DNA of 24,000 nucleotides from Oceanococcus sp. (GTDB taxonomy: Bacteria; Pseudomonadota; Gammaproteobacteria; Nevskiales; Oceanococcaceae): contig JBFJTN010000007.1 of NCBI GenBank assembly GCA_041625325.1, forward strand, positions 15,425 to 39,424, in the 5' to 3' direction. Position numbers and translations under genes: made by a program. The first letter of the stretch is position 1. Each line of letters opens with the position of its first letter. The notes beneath the pieces are model-generated. The model was given only the letters and a program-made list of their open reading frames with translations, was not told the DNA's origin and did not search any database. Positions 7,106 to 14,806 of this stretch are shown piece by piece.

Positions 7106-8650
7106 ATGCGAAACCAGGAATCCGGAAGCATTCATAGGACCGTCTGGCTTGGCGGGACTCTGGCTGCCCTTATTTTGGGGGCCTCGCTACTCAAGCTCAG
7201 GCTGACCGCACCCCCTCTGCCCGAGGACGTGATCGAGGTACCCTGCCCCGTGGCAGAAATTCCGGACGAATGGCGGCATGCCCAAATTGTCGATGGCGTT
7301 GCAGTCGAGGCCGACCCCTCCTGCCATCCGGATGACCCGAATCTTGTCGCGGCCGCGGTGCTCGGGACGAACCGTGCCGTCTCCGCACTGATGAGGACGC
7401 GGCTTGCACGGGACGCCGTCACCAAAGGACGAGACCTGGATGGCGACGGGGATCCGGATGAGATCGAAATCAGGCTTGAAATTACCGAATTGAACGGGCA
7501 CTCGCCCGATATCGAACAGCCAGCCCTTCAATTTCCGATTGCCCCCGGCATCTTCCCTGGTCTCTGGGTTTTTACACCAAAAACCAGAGGAATGGCGACT
7601 ACCGACTTCCTCAGCAATACCGCTCACGAGGTGTTGCGGCTGCCATCCCCTGTGATTCGCGTGGAGCAAGGTGATCAGGTCACGATCGTCCTCGAGAACA
7701 CTCACTATTTCCCGCACACGATTCACTTACATGGAGTTGACCATCCCTTTCTTCAGGAAGACGGTAGCGGAAATGACGGAGTTCCGATGGTCAGTGAGAT
7801 GCCGGTGCTACCAGGAGAGGCGAAACGATATAAGTTGTCGCCCCGGAAAGCCGGCACCTTCTTCTATCACTGCCACGTGCAGCCGCAGACCCATATCCTC
7901 ATGGGCCTGGCAGGGATGCTGGTCGTAGAGGAAAACCGACCCAACAACAAAGTTCAGACTCTGAATATCGGCGGTGGGCGCGTGCGATTTCGATCAGTGG
8001 CGTCGCAGGAAAACTACGATCGCGAGTACGACCTGCACTACCAGGAGATGGATCATCAACTTCATTCCCTGATCCAGGAGACCGGCCAACCCGAAGTCCT
8101 CGCGAGAAAGATGAATCGCGAGTACAAGATTGCAGAACGCAATCCCAATTACTACTTGCTCAATGGCCGCTCTTTTCCGCTGACCCTCCGGGAATCCCTT
8201 GTGATCGTGGCGCCCGACGAACGGGTCAAATTGCGAGTGCTCAATTCCGGGGCGAACACGAATTACCTGCACCCGCATGGCCACAAGCCAATTGTCACCC
8301 ATCTCGATGGCGTCAGGCTGGCACAACCCATTACCCGCGACGTCATCGCGATCGGTCCTGCGCAGCGGGTCGATCTCGACCTGATCACCAGGAACGATGG
8401 GCTGCACAGCTATGGCCAGGGTACTTGGTTGATGCACGATCACCACGAACCGGCCGTCACAACCAACGGCATCAATCCTGGCGGCGACATTTCAATGATC
8501 GTGTACGAAAGTCATCTGCAGCCCGATGGCATGCCCAAAACCCACGGGCGCCTCGACATGTTCTTTAATCCAGCCTACTACCGAGGGGAAGTTCCCGTCT
8601 GGGAGCACTTGGCTCCAGATCTGTATGGCGCAAAGATGCCCTCACATTGA
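7106..8650 (+). CDS. membrane-anchored multicopper oxidase family protein
   Basis: 514 aa with an N-terminal TM anchor (VWLGGTLAALILGASLL). Copper motifs: HTIHLHG (aa 204-210), YHCHVQPQTHILMG (254-267), HPHGH (389-393), HDHH (444-447). An acidic DLDGDGDPDE loop is also present. No obvious SD before the ATG, so the start is less certain. Confidence 0.8.
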   Translation: MRNQESGSIHRTVWLGGTLAALILGASLLKLRLTAPPLPEDVIEVPCPVAEIPDEWRHAQIVDGVAVEADPSCHPDDPNLVAAAVLGTNRAVSALMRTRLARDAVTKGRDLDGDGDPDEIEIRLEITELNGHSPDIEQPALQFPIAPGIFPGLWVFTPKTRGMATTDFLSNTAHEVLRLPSPVIRVEQGDQVTIVLENTHYFPHTIHLHGVDHPFLQEDGSGNDGVPMVSEMPVLPGEAKRYKLSPRKAGTFFYHCHVQPQTHILMGLAGMLVVEENRPNNKVQTLNIGGGRVRFRSVASQENYDREYDLHYQEMDHQLHSLIQETGQPEVLARKMNREYKIAERNPNYYLLNGRSFPLTLRESLVIVAPDERVKLRVLNSGANTNYLHPHGHKPIVTHLDGVRLAQPITRDVIAIGPAQRVDLDLITRNDGLHSYGQGTWLMHDHHEPAVTTNGINPGGDISMIVYESHLQPDGMPKTHGRLDMFFNPAYYRGEVPVWEHLAPDLYGAKMPSH

Positions 8651-8667
8651 AAGAGGACCGTAACCCT

Positions 8668-9096
8668 ATGCCACTGAGAAAATTCGCTTTTTTTTTCGTA
8701 CTTGGCGTTTGCGCGAGCGCCACCGCTCTTTCGGCGCCGCCGGAAACCCACAGTCAACCGGGACGCTCAAGTCATCATGGCAAGGCCACACCAAGTGGCC
8801 TCTCCATAAATTTCTTGAAACCGCCTGAAGCCACTCGCATTCAGGCTGGAGAAAGCTATACGGTCGAGGTTGCAACTGAAGGTTTCAACACGTCGGGCGA
8901 TCACTGGCACCTCTACCTTGACGGCGAACTCCGAGCCATGGTTGGCGCCGGCAGGACCAGCTATCTGCTCACGCTGCCGGAGGACATTGCTATTGGCGAG
9001 CATGAACTCAAGGTCACAATCTCCAATTCAGATCACGAGGAATACGACCTTGCGGACTATCGAACCATTGTCGTAGTTCCCGGCCCAACACCTTGA
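8668..9096 (+). CDS. secreted small His-rich protein, DUF4399-like (possible metal-binding Ig-like domain)
   Basis: The track ORF begins at TTG 8647. ATG 8668 is preferred, with AGAGGA 10 nt upstream. Signal peptide MPLRKFAFFFVLGVCASATALSA/PPE, then SSHHGK. GDHWHLYLDGE and IGEHELKVTISNSDHEE resemble the DUF4399 pattern as I remember it. Confidence 0.5.
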   Translation: MPLRKFAFFFVLGVCASATALSAPPETHSQPGRSSHHGKATPSGLSINFLKPPEATRIQAGESYTVEVATEGFNTSGDHWHLYLDGELRAMVGAGRTSYLLTLPEDIAIGEHELKVTISNSDHEEYDLADYRTIVVVPGPTP

Positions 9097-9140
9097 ATCA
9101 TCCGCAGGGATCTTTTAATTCTCACCGAGTGACGTATGCC

Positions 9141-9701
9141 ATGCCCCGTTTGCTTTCGTCGCTCCTACTGCTCTATTCGACCTTCGTCAGCTCGGCGCTC
9201 GCGGCAACAGGCCCGGGGCACCGCATGATTTGGGATGCAAATGGCATGGTCATGGGCGAGAACACAGGCGACGCACTGCCTGAGGGCTGTAATGCCATTT
9301 CCGGTGATGTCGAGATTCATGTCAATGTGGGCAGGAAATGGGCAAGACCCGGACAGGTATTTGGCTACGATCGGAACGAATGGTCCGTGCCACCTTGCAG
9401 CAGAGTCACAGTGAAATTGCAGAATCACGACAATATTCGCCACATGTGGATGCTGCATGGCCTACCCCACTACCTTTATTTTAGGGGCATGTTCCACCTG
9501 GAGGCCGAGGGGGGAAGATCGATGCGCGGCACCTTCATCGCTCCAAACGGCCACCAGACCTATCTTGTTCACTGCGATATGGCGCAGCACACCGAAAAGG
9601 GTCTCAAGGCGCAGCTGAAAGTGGGAGCTGGAGGACCCGACATTCCCAACGTCTTTCGTTCCGAAGCTCCAACGCCAAAAGCGGATGTTCCGGAAAGGTA
9701 A
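9141..9701 (+). CDS. secreted cupredoxin-like copper protein (atypical ligand set)
   Basis: The track ORF begins at 9093. ATG 9141 gives a clean signal peptide MPRLLSSLLLLYSTFVSSALA/ATG. Candidate Cu ligands are RHMWMLHG (H-x4-H-G) and LVHCDMAQHTEKGL (H-C-x4-H-x4-L). Confidence 0.6.
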   Translation: MPRLLSSLLLLYSTFVSSALAATGPGHRMIWDANGMVMGENTGDALPEGCNAISGDVEIHVNVGRKWARPGQVFGYDRNEWSVPPCSRVTVKLQNHDNIRHMWMLHGLPHYLYFRGMFHLEAEGGRSMRGTFIAPNGHQTYLVHCDMAQHTEKGLKAQLKVGAGGPDIPNVFRSEAPTPKADVPER

Positions 9702-9896
9702 GGCGTCAAAACAGGGAGCTTGGTTTCTTCTCAGGCCGGCTCGCGAATTTCCCCTGGCGCAAGGCCCTTTCCTGCCCTGAGAATTCCGCCATTCACCGGT
9801 TCCGGCCCCGCGATCCGACCTGTGCCGCGAAATCGAGTCACCTCTCAATGAAAAGCAATTGACCCGCAACCGCATGCTGAAATGCCGGGAGAAATA

Positions 9897-11393
9897 TCAA
9901 TGGAAGTCCTGCAGCCGCCAGGTAAACCCGATCTGTAACTGCCAGGTATCCATATGCACCTCAACCACCTGGTCTCTGGAATCCGGTCCGGCATCTACCT
10001 GGACAAGGGCGCCGGCCAGAAGATCGCCAGGGGAGCCCCCTCTTAATTCAATATTGCTCAAGCCATTTGTAACCCGCCGGCGAGCGCGAATCGCGTAGGA
10101 CACGGCAAGACCGATGTTGAGCCGAGAAGAATGATCCCAAGATAAGCCTGTCGCGATATGCTGACCGCCCACTGCGGGCGCCAGAACGGTCATGATCGCA
10201 TTATGTTCCTTTATCGGACTACCACCTCGACTGTAACCAGCTCGCCAGACCACGCGATCAAAATGCACCTGATACCCCAGCTTGACTACCGTCATCGCGC
10301 CCCAACCGAAACCGGGCCCTTTTGATCCGGCCAGACAATATTCACTGTCCTCCCTGGCAAGTGCGCCACCTGCTACAAATCGAGGCAGGACACATTGATT
10401 CACGAACTCACTCATGTCCGGCGATGCTGCGTATGGACGAATCTGGTCAAACCGCACCTGATCCCAATCCAGCATGACGCTCTGCCGATCCGTCAGACGC
10501 AGATGAATGCCGACATTGAAATTGCCCGGTATATCCAAAGAGGCCCCAACAAGAGCCCCTCGGTAGCGATCAAACTCTGTCTGACGCATTCGCGGCTGAT
10601 ATGAAACCCCGAATTCAAACCAATCCTTGGGTCGCAGGTGCAGGCCAACTCGATACCCGAAGCCCCAGGAATAATCCTGGCCTCGGTCGGACACATTGGC
10701 TGAATCCACCGAATATGGCGAAAAGGCCGACAATCCTCTCAGTTTCAATTCCTGGACGCCCAGCAAGGGCGCAAACCCAATGGCCAACCACTCCGCCGGC
10801 CGATAGCTGACACTGAGGTTTGCAACAATCTGAGTAAGCTGAATTCCCGCATCTGCACGTTGCGCACCGCACCGGTCACCCACGTTGCCGCCAGAAAGAG
10901 GAAAACCACCGGCGAAATCGCCAGAGCAACGCGATTCCGCACCAGGAATTCCGCGGGCGATAGCGGCACTGCCTTCGGTCAGCGTGGTGCCCAATCCCGC
11001 TCCATACACACCGACCGCCCAAGCCCAGCGATCAGACACCCGCCATACTCTTGCAATGCTTGGAGCAAAACCGGGTTTGTAAACTGATCGATAATTACCA
11101 GCGTCATATTCGAACAGGGAGTATGCGGATTCGGAGGACGTTTCGGTAGCGCTGTAGCCAGCCGTAGGCAAGCCAATAGCCAAATCCCAGGTACTCCCAG
11201 ATTCCAGAAAGGTACCCGAGGCCGGGTTGCGCAATGTTGCCGCAGCGTCCCCCAGAAAAGCCGTACCAGCACCTGCCATGCCCACCTGCACAGCCCCTAC
11301 TCCCGGCAAGGCGCTGCCATTGAATGCAAATGCCGGATAGCAGGACGCCACCGCTGTCAGCGCCAAGAGCACTGATGAATTAACCGGGCTCAT
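9897..11393 (-). CDS. FadL/TodX-family outer-membrane channel for hydrophobic compounds
   Basis: 498 aa. Signal peptide ..TAVASCYPAFA/FNG. N-terminal hatch-like segment GAVQVGMAGAGTAFLGDAAATLRNPAS is typical of FadL/TodX. The rest is a long Gly/aromatic-rich beta-barrel body. Confidence 0.75.
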   Translation of the reverse strand: MSPVNSSVLLALTAVASCYPAFAFNGSALPGVGAVQVGMAGAGTAFLGDAAATLRNPASGTFLESGSTWDLAIGLPTAGYSATETSSESAYSLFEYDAGNYRSVYKPGFAPSIARVWRVSDRWAWAVGVYGAGLGTTLTEGSAAIARGIPGAESRCSGDFAGGFPLSGGNVGDRCGAQRADAGIQLTQIVANLSVSYRPAEWLAIGFAPLLGVQELKLRGLSAFSPYSVDSANVSDRGQDYSWGFGYRVGLHLRPKDWFEFGVSYQPRMRQTEFDRYRGALVGASLDIPGNFNVGIHLRLTDRQSVMLDWDQVRFDQIRPYAASPDMSEFVNQCVLPRFVAGGALAREDSEYCLAGSKGPGFGWGAMTVVKLGYQVHFDRVVWRAGYSRGGSPIKEHNAIMTVLAPAVGGQHIATGLSWDHSSRLNIGLAVSYAIRARRRVTNGLSNIELRGGSPGDLLAGALVQVDAGPDSRDQVVEVHMDTWQLQIGFTWRLQDFH

Positions 11394-11424
11394 GTGAAAA
11401 GTGGACCCTGACCACCTGGATTAT

Positions 11425-11439
11425 TTTTACAGCGTAAAA
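11425..11439. promoter_or_regulatory. inverted repeat TTTTAC-AGC-GTAAAA, candidate TetR operator in the 65-bp fadL-like/tetR divergent region
   Basis: Perfect 6-bp arms with a 3-bp spacer. Overlaps the -10-like TAAAAT (11435-11440) 18 nt upstream of the tetR ATG, and TAAAAA on the opposite strand facing the fadL-like gene. Confidence 0.4.
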
Positions 11440-11458
11440 TACCATATCATTTCTGCTT

Positions 11459-12052
11459 ATGCCCCGTCCACGATCTTCAGCCCAGTCCATCGAAGCAGCG
11501 CGTACTGCGTTACTAGAACATGCACTGTCCTTGTATTTGGAAGAAGGATTCGCTGGGCTGACGCTACGCAGGCTGGCCAAGCGAGCCGGCACGAGTCACA
11601 CCTACCCCTACCACTCTTTCGGCAATAAAGACGGTCTTCTGCTAGCACTACGTGTTTACGTTACGAAGCGCTTTGTCGCTGCCATCCTGGCCGCCGATCC
11701 GGAAGAACCGGTGTTGCCAGAGAGCAGATTGCGCGCCATGGCGCATGCAATGATTGAGTTCGCTCAGCACAGAACAGCTGAATACGTTCTCCTGTTTACG
11801 CTGGAGCAACCATCTCCGGACGCCTGTCCGGAGCTGATTTCAGAGCGCGAAGTGCTGTCATCCCACGTGAACCGGGTGGTGGAGAAATTTCAGGCGCGCA
11901 AAGGCAGGGAGGAAGATCCCGATGGTCTGACGCAAATTCTCTGGGCCTGCATTCATGGCTTGGCCAGCCTGCACATGGCCCGCCAGCTGGTGCACGGCCA
12001 GAGTCTGGAATCACTTCTTGGGCCGATGCTTGATCGCATCCTAGCCAAGTGA
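11459..12052 (+). CDS. TetR/AcrR-family transcriptional regulator
   Basis: 197 aa. N-terminal HTH EEGFAGLTLRRLAKRAGTSHTYPYHSFGNKDGLLLAL, followed by an all-helical C-terminal ligand domain. Confidence 0.9.
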   Translation: MPRPRSSAQSIEAARTALLEHALSLYLEEGFAGLTLRRLAKRAGTSHTYPYHSFGNKDGLLLALRVYVTKRFVAAILAADPEEPVLPESRLRAMAHAMIEFAQHRTAEYVLLFTLEQPSPDACPELISEREVLSSHVNRVVEKFQARKGREEDPDGLTQILWACIHGLASLHMARQLVHGQSLESLLGPMLDRILAK

Positions 12053-12077
12053 TGACCAAACCTGGCCGCTGTTTGCT

Positions 12078-12659
12078 TTACACGCCATTTGTACTTTTTC
12101 TTTCGGCCGTGAACACGTAAACGAGTAGCGATACGCCCATTGCCAGAATAAAACCGAGCAAATAGCCGGCGTAACTCTTCACGCCCACCTCGAAAGGAAA
12201 CACCGAACGATAGACTGTTTCACCGTCTCTGGCCGTCAGCATGCCAATGTACCAGCCGGCTTCGTCGAACTCATGGGAAAAGGTCAGACTGCCCCTGGGA
12301 TACTTGCTATAGGGCAGATTGACCAAGGTATTCCGCTCGATATCGTCTTCGTCGCCAAGATCGTCGTAGGTTCCACTCGCGCCGAGCCCGTTGACATCCT
12401 TGAGCACTCGAAACTCGACATCCATGCCTCGCAATCGACGCTCTATAAAATCCACTACGATAATGGCTTTGCCAAGCTCCGGAATGTCTTCACAGAATTC
12501 CTGAGTGGCGCGCGCTTCCGGTTGATAGCCGGTGAAATGCGCTCGCATTCCTCCGATATTCATGACACAAGTGTCATCCTCCACCGACACGCCTCCGTGC
12601 CCGGAAGCTGCGTGGGTGAACACGAGGGCGAGCAACGCGAAGAAAGACCGACGAGGCAT
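12078..12659 (-). CDS. CuMMO operon fourth gene: secreted domain plus C-terminal TM anchor (PmoD/AmoD-position, PmoD-like topology)
   Basis: The ATG at 12659 shares one nucleotide with the pmoB-like TGA (TGATG), indicating translational coupling. Signal peptide MPRRSFFALLALVFTHAASG/HGG. Cys/Met/His cluster DDTCVMNIGGMRAH, with a second Cys 25 residues later (EFCED). C-terminal helix YLLGFILAMGVSLLVYVF. Homology to PmoD was not verifiable by eye. Confidence 0.6.
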   Translation of the reverse strand: MPRRSFFALLALVFTHAASGHGGVSVEDDTCVMNIGGMRAHFTGYQPEARATQEFCEDIPELGKAIIVVDFIERRLRGMDVEFRVLKDVNGLGASGTYDDLGDEDDIERNTLVNLPYSKYPRGSLTFSHEFDEAGWYIGMLTARDGETVYRSVFPFEVGVKSYAGYLLGFILAMGVSLLVYVFTAERKSTNGV

Positions 12660-13891
12660 CAACCGAACACCGGAATCATGGGTCCGCCAAACTCGACCAG
12701 GTAACGTTGCCCCTTATCGTCGAAGAAGTGCAGGAGACCCGCAACCACGGCATCGGGGGAAGCGATCATCGTCGTCATACGCTCTGTCTCCCACAGCGCG
12801 TCGTCGGCATATATGGTGATGCGTTTCGTTTCGCCAGGCCCAATCGGCCCACCCTCCACTCTCAGAGCTTCAGCAGCCACCAAGTCGTGGCTGTCCCGGG
12901 GCTGGACATCCAGCACTTCACTGTTGATGAAGCGCAGGTTGCCCGCAGCGAATTCCCCAATGCGTAGCGGTCTGTCGCCCTGATTTGTAATATCAAATTC
13001 CACCTTGAAGCTACGGCCGGGAATGCGATACCGGGCCTCTTTTACTGAAAGCACGATCGGTGGCGAATTCAAAGGCGCCTTGGGACTATCGACTTTCCCC
13101 GTCTGCAGGGGCGTTGTAATCGGCCAGGTTTCTTGCGCATACATATATCCTCCGACGATCAAAGTCAGAGTAAGCACCAGATAGATGCCACCGATGCGCC
13201 TGTCAGCCGGAGTAAGAATCTCGTCGGCCTTCGCCGGCCCCAGTTCCGCAACATCACGAAACCTAGGCACAATGATCGGGCACTTGGTCAGCCAGTAAAC
13301 GAACCAGCTGAGGCCAACTGCGAACCAGAGAAACGACCAGAATTTGACGTTACCCCAGCCATAGGTCTCCAGATCAATGGTCTTTCCTAGCAGCGTTTCT
13401 GCCGTGTTGGAGAATTCCTCGTTGCCATTGACAACCTCGACCCAGAGGCCTGGCCCAATAATCGGACCCGTGCCTTTGACATTGATGACAGGATGCACGT
13501 GATAGCGCCCTGCTTTTCGTGCACGCATCCGAATCTCGTAATCGTAGAGATGACCGGCCTTGAACGACGTGGATCTAATCATCGGCACGCCGTTGACCCG
13601 CGAATCGAGGCGCACGAAGCTGGGCCCCGGCACCCCAATGTTGAGAAATGAGGTCCCTTCGATGCTTTCGACGTGGTGGGGCCAGAATTTGGATGGCATG
13701 AACTTGCCGCTTACCACGAGTTCCTCGTTGATCGCCAACTTGGTCGTGGAAACGTTCAAATCTATCCAGTGCACCGTACGCATCCTCAGCTGAGGCATCT
13801 GCGCACGTTCGCCATGCGCGAAAACGTACTCCGGAAATGTGATCATCAGCAGCAGGAGGAACCAGATGCCTGTCAGTTTGCTTTTCCGCAT
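12659..13891 (-). CDS. pmoB: copper membrane monooxygenase subunit B (PmoB/AmoB family)
   Basis: 410 aa. Signal peptide ..FPEYVFA/HGERAQ leaves an N-terminal His (His-brace). TVHW lies 15 residues later and GRYHVHP supplies the HxH pair. Two central TM helices (FWSFLWFAVGLSWFVYWL, IGGIYLVLTLTLIVGGYMY) sit between two beta-rich domains. RBS AGGGAG precedes ATG 13891, 9 nt after the pmoA stop. Confidence 0.9.
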   Translation of the reverse strand: MRKSKLTGIWFLLLLMITFPEYVFAHGERAQMPQLRMRTVHWIDLNVSTTKLAINEELVVSGKFMPSKFWPHHVESIEGTSFLNIGVPGPSFVRLDSRVNGVPMIRSTSFKAGHLYDYEIRMRARKAGRYHVHPVINVKGTGPIIGPGLWVEVVNGNEEFSNTAETLLGKTIDLETYGWGNVKFWSFLWFAVGLSWFVYWLTKCPIIVPRFRDVAELGPAKADEILTPADRRIGGIYLVLTLTLIVGGYMYAQETWPITTPLQTGKVDSPKAPLNSPPIVLSVKEARYRIPGRSFKVEFDITNQGDRPLRIGEFAAGNLRFINSEVLDVQPRDSHDLVAAEALRVEGGPIGPGETKRITIYADDALWETERMTTMIASPDAVVAGLLHFFDDKGQRYLVEFGGPMIPVFG

Positions 13892-13900
13892 GATTGCTCC

Positions 13901-14665
13901 CTATACGATTTTGCGGATCCAAATGGCTTTGGCCCCTAATGATCCAATCCAAACCCAGAACCAGTAGTTAAGAATATTGAGGAACCCCGCGAAAACCGCG
14001 GTGAGCGGGGTGACCGCTTCACCGAATGTTCTCAGGGTCGATTCTTCAATGATTCTCACGTACTCGGGAATTGCGGTCCGAATGTACTCGTACCCCATCA
14101 AATCGGCGACGGTCACCATGGTTCCATGCATTTCCAGAGGTACCTGAAACGGTGCCAGGAGAGGCCAGTTCAACGGGTATATCAAAAGACCGAAAGCAAA
14201 GCCCCCGAAGAGCCCGGTCCAGAAGAAACTGCGCGTGAGAAGCAGCATGCAATCCAACAGCAGTCCTAGCCCGATATAAGTCGAAGGCCAGACGAAATTC
14301 ATCGGGAAATCGGCGAACAGATGGAAATTGAGATATCGGCTGACCCAGGCTGCGGCGGTCAGGCACAAAATGGTGAGCGTTCCACCCAGCGGAAGCCGCA
14401 GACGATCCCAGAGCAGATATCCGAAAACGCCAGGCAGTACGGTGAGCGCCAAGGGGGTGACGAGTGGCCACCAGCGACGATCTCTCCAGTCGACCCAGTA
14501 ATCCCAGTCTCCGACCAGCAGGGCAAAGTGAAAGCTGAATATTCCTGCGAACAGCAGCACCACAAGCGGAATTGCAAGCAGGTCGACCTGGACGAAGAGC
14601 TTTCTCTGCTCCTGAGCTGAAGTCAGACCGTAAGGGGCCGAATCAGATTGAGTGAGATCAGACAT
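13901..14665 (-). CDS. pmoA: copper membrane monooxygenase subunit A (PmoA/AmoA family)
   Basis: 254 aa. Hallmark segments LLVGDWDYWVDWRDRRWWP and YIRTAIPEYVRIIEESTLRTFG. Multiple TM helices. Confidence 0.92.
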   Translation of the reverse strand: MSDLTQSDSAPYGLTSAQEQRKLFVQVDLLAIPLVVLLFAGIFSFHFALLVGDWDYWVDWRDRRWWPLVTPLALTVLPGVFGYLLWDRLRLPLGGTLTILCLTAAAWVSRYLNFHLFADFPMNFVWPSTYIGLGLLLDCMLLLTRSFFWTGLFGGFAFGLLIYPLNWPLLAPFQVPLEMHGTMVTVADLMGYEYIRTAIPEYVRIIEESTLRTFGEAVTPLTAVFAGFLNILNYWFWVWIGSLGAKAIWIRKIV

Positions 14666-14734
14666 GAGTTAACGATTCCGTCAGGCAGCCGCCAGCCACC
14701 CAATCAGGGCAGCTCAATTAGGGAACGGCTCGGT

Positions 14735-14772
14735 AAAAAAAGGAAGGGCACACGGAAACCGCATGTGTGCCC
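14735..14772 (-). terminator. intrinsic-terminator-like hairpin plus U-tract between pmoC and pmoA (attenuator or RNA-stability element)
   Basis: Minus strand reads GGGCACAC-atgcggtttcc-GTGTGCCC-TTCCTTTTTTTACC. The stem is 8 bp and GC-rich (14765-14772 / 14746-14753), the loop is 11 nt, and the T-run is the A7 at 14735-14741 on the + strand. It lies about 35 nt after the pmoC stop and about 70 nt before the pmoA ATG. Confidence 0.5.
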
Positions 14773-14806
14773 CTCCCTCGGGGGAGAACGCTAGATACCT
14801 TGGCGA

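Noticed and set aside
9702-9896. 195-nt gap between the convergent cupredoxin and fadL-like genes, examined for bidirectional terminators or an sRNA
   Set aside because: Only short weak stems (4-5 bp) without T-runs were found by eye, so nothing is supportable. The same is true of the 25-nt tetR/pmoD-like convergent gap (12053-12077).
14714-14764. 16-codon mini-ORF (MRFPCALPFFTEPFPN) within the pmoC-pmoA hairpin, considered as a possible leader peptide
   Set aside because: It has no RBS, and its ATG sits inside the hairpin loop. The T-run codes the Phe residues trivially. I cannot support it as a real peptide.
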